DNA of 63,946 nt, counting the filler, from Sarea resinae (lineage: Eukaryota), in NCBI GenBank assembly GCA_026026165.1. It is 5 parts of 5 records of this genome, joined end to end, with 100 filler letters (N's around TTAATTAATTAA, not from the genome) between each part and the next. Parts side by side here need not be neighbours in the genome. Positions count along the whole stretch, not along the records: positions 54,315 to 63,946 come from JAPEUD010000139.1; 4 more parts are not named here. One strand, 5' to 3'. How positions within the stretch are numbered: position 1 is the stretch's first letter; each line of letters begins with the position of its first letter. A program made the position numbers and the translations under genes. Of the stretch, positions 59,518 through 63,946 are shown in pieces. The notes beneath the pieces were generated by a model. The model did no database searches. It was given only the letters and a program-made list of their open reading frames with translations, and was not told where the DNA came from.

Positions 59518-62200
59518 TTACTCACTGTTGTCCCGGCAATATCTCTCTACCACCAGCCCATCTGCAGTGATGGATCTCATTGGCAAGGTGAAGCAGACGG
59601 ATCTACCTCCATCTTCAGCCTTGCGCTTGATCGCCATCCACCACCACTTCCGGCCGTTCGAGCGGCCACTATTCGGCATCCACGTGAAGCCATGTTCGAT
59701 GGTTTCCACATCTCTAGAGTCGATGTGCGCGAGCCATTTCTCGGTATAGCCTCCCGTTTGCACCTCGTTCTCGAATTTCTCCTTTATAGAAAGCAAGAGA
59801 AGCAGCTTGGGTGGATTCTCGTTCCTGCCCCTGGCATTAGCCAGCAAGGATGCGTGCAGGCCCGGAATGACCCTCGGCGTGTACTCTATCACAGAGGCTC
59901 TCGGGTTGGCTTGGAGCGCCAACTGCGATGTTACGCCAGCTAAGATACGGTCGATGGTAGCCCTCGGAAGAACACCGCGACGCAGTTTTGGTGGCTTGAA
60001 CGCCTTGAGATGTGGGCCGTTCTCAGCACCTGTGGTCCCCGCAGCTGAAGATCCTGCCTCGGCGTCGCGAGATGAGCCAAGGCCGAGATTTGTTTGCTGG
60101 CGACGGGTCCCCCTCAAGGCAGCGGGAAGGACGCGGGCAGGCTGCTCTTCGACTGGGTCGCCAAGCATCCTAAGATGGGACCGTAAGCAACTAACTCATA
60201 GAGGTAATATGGTATCTGATCAAAAAGGAAGGAATAGGAAGCACATACCTAATATTAAACCCCATGCGGATACGGTGGTCAGCTTTATCGCCTGGATCGA
60301 TGTTTCCGGTTGCCTCAGCATCTTCATTTCCATATTCGGGGAATCCTTGCTGCATAGGGCTGCCACAAACAGTCCCTTCCATGTCTGCAGAGACGCGTGC
60401 TTAAATTTTTACATCCGCGGTAAGTGGTAAGTGTCACGAAAAGATGGGGGCTGCATTGAGATTGGTCGATGATTACTTTTGAAGGCAAGCTTTCAATCAT
60501 TCGAGAGTTCAAGTGGAAAGTAGGTTCATTAAAAAGTGATTGGTCTTCTGCCTTGTGAATCACGCCTGTGAATCTACTACGCCTGTCTTCATGTCCTCAG
60601 AAGGAGTATCTTCGTGGTCAGGATCAGACTTCAGAAGCATTGGAATCTCCTGGATCAGCCTCTTTCTCGGAACTTGGTTCTGGTTGCGTAGTCTCAAGGT
60701 CGTCGGCATCAGCATCTCCTCCCGGTACAGCTTCCTCGGAAGAGTCTTTGTTGTTGTCAGCTTTGGTGCCTTTGCCGGGCTTGCCATCGTTGGATTTGCT
60801 GTCGTGAGGCTCAGATTCCGAATGGGAAATTGGCTCGCCATCACTGGGACACTCTAGGCGACAATATTGAAGCTGTTCATTATCGAAGACTTCGTCAAAA
60901 TTCCACTACATGGCCAAAGTGTTAGCTGTCTTTCTTCACTGACTCAGTAACCGGGTGTTTCTGAAATCGAACACAGCCCAGTCAAGCCAAACGAGTGATT
61001 AGATCAAGCAAGCGTGACGCTATAGATGATAGAGGGGATATCTCTGTTTATTAACTTACTTCTTCATTCACCGGATCGTGGTCGGCCGTTCTCTGCAAGA
61101 AGTCGGTGGCTAATTCAATATGGCTGAGAGCGAGTCGCTCAAAGTCATGAAAATCTATGATCTGAATTGGTCGGTTTCTCGGCGCACGAATAGCTGAGAA
61201 GTGAATAGCTTGAAAGTTCTGTGGGAACTGAACGCATTCAGACCGTCGGTCAGCCAACGAGCTCCAACAGGCCAAAGGGCTATTGGCTCGACTTTCGGAT
61301 CACCGGACTCACCTCTTCGTCCAAATCCTCGCTCGTGGGCCCCAGGGCGGTTTCTTCGTTAAGACTTTCAGCTTGTTCAGGCAACTCGTCGTCGATACTA
61401 CCGCTGTCGAGCGGTTCGAATTCAGTGTTTGGGCTAAGGTAATGTAGCCAAGCCAAGACTCTCCAAGCCAGAGGGTCTGGAATAGCAGTTCCTACCAACG
61501 AGCGTGGCGTATCATCACCAAGATACTCGTCAAACCCTGGCCCAGACCCTTCCGGCGAATGAACTTCAGGGACACTTGCATGAACCTGGCTTGCTATTTC
61601 GGGACCCGCGTTGCCCTGATCGGCAGTTGTCTGATTCACTGCGTCCATGTTGTGTAACTTTCTCCATAGTGCAAGATAAGCGGGACTGTCCTCGATGTCC
61701 ACTTCATCGTTCCCCGAATTCCAGTCTTCAGCATCACTAATATCGGGCTGGATCGCGGCTGTCTCGGCTAGGACCTGAGGAGCGGCATGCTCAGCGTCCA
61801 CATCCGTGGGTTCAGTCTCCTCGATCACATCACCTGCAACGGCATTGCCAGGAAGAACACCACTGGGGGTACTGTCGACGAAGCTGGGTGGACGAGGTCT
61901 GTACCAATTCTTATTTAGCCCTTGCTCAAGTGAGATTAGGGGTTGTGGAAGGGCTTCAACTTACTGGACTTCAGTTTCAATTCCCGCGTCCTGGCCAAGT
62001 GATCCGTAGTACTCGTCGAGTACTTCATCGATCATCGCTCTATCAAATTCCCGGCCGTATTCTTCATTCAACTTTGCTTCTTGCTCCTCTTTAGCCTCGT
62101 CGTCATATCCCCATTCCGCTTTCGGAACGTTGGAGAAAACCATCTCTTCATCATACATCCAAGTCATAATGCCTTCGGGCGGGGTGATAAGAGAATCCAT
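59518..62200 (-). CDS. Hypothetical multi-exon acidic protein (orphan; may be one or two genes)
   Basis: ORFs 61961-62200, 61280-61828 and 61051-61275 join in frame through GTAAGT/GTGAGT...CAG introns. The link to 59518-60168 is not resolved. Confidence 0.45.
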
Positions 62201-63200
62201 GACTTTTGTTCGCGGGGCTTTCCTCTCTCCTTTTTACAGGTTATCTCGGATCATAACTGTTGTTTCGACAAAAGATCTTCTGCAACGGAAGTTGCGTGGT
62301 CGACTTCGATGTGTGGAGGATGTGTTGGTGTTTCAAAAGAAAGAGGAGGTTCGTTCAGGTCTCACTGAATACAGTGAAGACTGCTTCGATCCGTACAGAC
62401 CGCAGCGGCAGAATGCGTGTCGAGTTCGTGATGTGCGTACCGGCAGATCGAGGACGTTACGTCTCAGTCTCAGTTCGCTGAAGTGAAACTATGACTTCTG
62501 TTCTTCTTTGCTCGCCGAGTCGAATGAGTAGGAAGAGGCTGTATGCGGGGAGTCAGGGGGGAAGGATAGAAAGAGAGTGGTCGAGAGAGAGTCTCTCCTC
62601 CTGATGGATTTGGGATGCAAAAAGGATCTTGGCTTGCTTCCTGATGAGAATCTTGCCAATGAGGAGGAGGTGGTTTCTTCGAAGCAGAAGAAAGGTAAAG
62701 GGTTGAATCTTCAGAAGAGGTATGAGAAGAAAGAGCAGGATGGAAGTATGAGATGGAGTGAGATGGAGTGGTGCGGAAAAAGGATAGGCGTCCGATGAGT
62801 GGAGGTTTGGAATGATGGTCGAAGTATGAGAGGGTAGTGGTTTGAAAGGATGGTGGAAGTGTGAAGAAGTGGAAGTGCAAAGGAAGGGTAGAAGTGCAGG
62901 AGAGTTCAGCAATACTCTGTGGGCGAACGACATCATCGCCGAGCAAATCGCATCGTCGTGAAGCAGACCACACGATTTCCCGGAAGAAAATCACCATGGA
63001 CGAGAACAGCAAATGCGGGAGACAGCAGCATCATCGAGGATTAGTGGACGCCATATTCACGATGGAAGACTACTGCAGACCTTTAGACAGAAATTCAAGG
63101 GTGCACAAGATAATTCAATTGCTATTTTCCTTCTCCCCTTTTACCCCTTTTGTATTGATCCTCGTCGACATGACTGGCTAGGGATGGGTAGGAAAGATAG

Positions 63201-63946
63201 CTAGCTAGAAGGGTTGGCGTTGACGGAGAAGTTATAAACAGCTTGCAACACGTATGGCCCGTCCCCGGGACCGAAGATCTGTTTCTTGCTGCGCTGCCAT
63301 TCCGGCTGATTGATGGCGTCGATCCAGTCCTCGACCTCCATGACCACGCAGCCATACTGCTCCACCACGCGAGGACGACCCGTGACGTTGTGAAGGCCTT
63401 GCGTATCCTTCAGCGTCAGAGAGCCTACCGAGAGTGTCGTCAGCAAGGGGGTCCGTATTGATAAAGGCATAGACATGAGGATAAGCAACGCCCGCAGCAG
63501 TAGCGGTAGCAGTAGCAAGAGGGTTTGAGGGGGCACAGGGAAGGGAAGACTACGGGGAAAAAAGGGGTAAGGCCTCACCATTCTGCGAATTACAGCTGTA
63601 GACCTGAAAGGCGTCCTGATCGGTATAGACATCGACACTGATGCCGGAAAACGCACTGGCGAGCGTAGCCACGGGCTTGTCCCTCCAATCATCCGGCCCG
63701 TTCTGGGCCCTGTTGACCAAGAAACACGTATCGTAGCCCGTGCAATTGGTACCGCAGTTCCCTCGCGCGTCGTCCGCCGCTGCGGATGTGAGATTGGCGC
63801 CGATCTGCTTCGGGGCCGTCCAGAAGTCGTTCAGCGAGTTGGGCTTGTTGGGCAGGATGGTGCCGTCCGGGATCAGGTTGCCGTCGACGCCGACGCGTTG
63901 GCCGGAGTAGGGCAGGTGGAGCGTGTGGTTGAGGATCGTGGGCGTG
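63201..63946 (-). CDS. Aldose 1-epimerase (galactose mutarotase-like), 3' part
   Basis: HTLHLPYSG...LIPDG, GYDTCF, YTDQDAFQVYSC and YGCVVMEVEDWIDAIN.PEW motifs; one intron; runs off the window end. Confidence 0.85.

Overview
Eukaryotic DNA from a filamentous ascomycete (Pezizomycotina-type introns with CTRAC branch points, TTAGGG telomere). The window is five unrelated contigs joined by artificial N-TTAATTAATTAA-N linkers (17884-17983, 32430-32529, 43483-43582, 54215-54314), so adjacency across linkers means nothing. Contig 1 holds mitochondrial SerRS, an intron-containing tRNA-His(GUG), a decayed patatin-NB-ARC-TPR NLR, an orphan gene, the dynactin Arp (RO7/Arp10), an SRPK-like kinase with an amber codon at a conserved Trp, GEN1/Yen1 and the 3' end of SPB4. 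Contig 2 is a chromosome end: a (CCCTAA)n telomere, an inverted telomere-like GGGGTTACC satellite, two degraded Ty3/gypsy elements, a nested solo LTR, a C2H2 zinc-finger gene and a possible HEPN-like ORF. Contigs 3-5 carry housekeeping genes (CPR6-type cyclophilin, DTD1, NOT3/5, a PPR protein, NUP188, trifunctional trpC, a BRCT fragment, CCT3, aldose 1-epimerase) plus orphans. The most interesting observations are (i) an intact 438-codon ORF of unknown function between the decayed integrase and the candidate PPT/3' LTR of a subtelomeric gypsy element, (ii) an NLR that has lost both its patatin catalytic Asp and its TPR sensor, (iii) three frame-preserving splice outcomes directly after the chiral-proofreading Gly-Pro of DTD1, and (iv) the inverted telomere-like satellite. 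All family assignments come from motif recognition by eye; no database searches were run.
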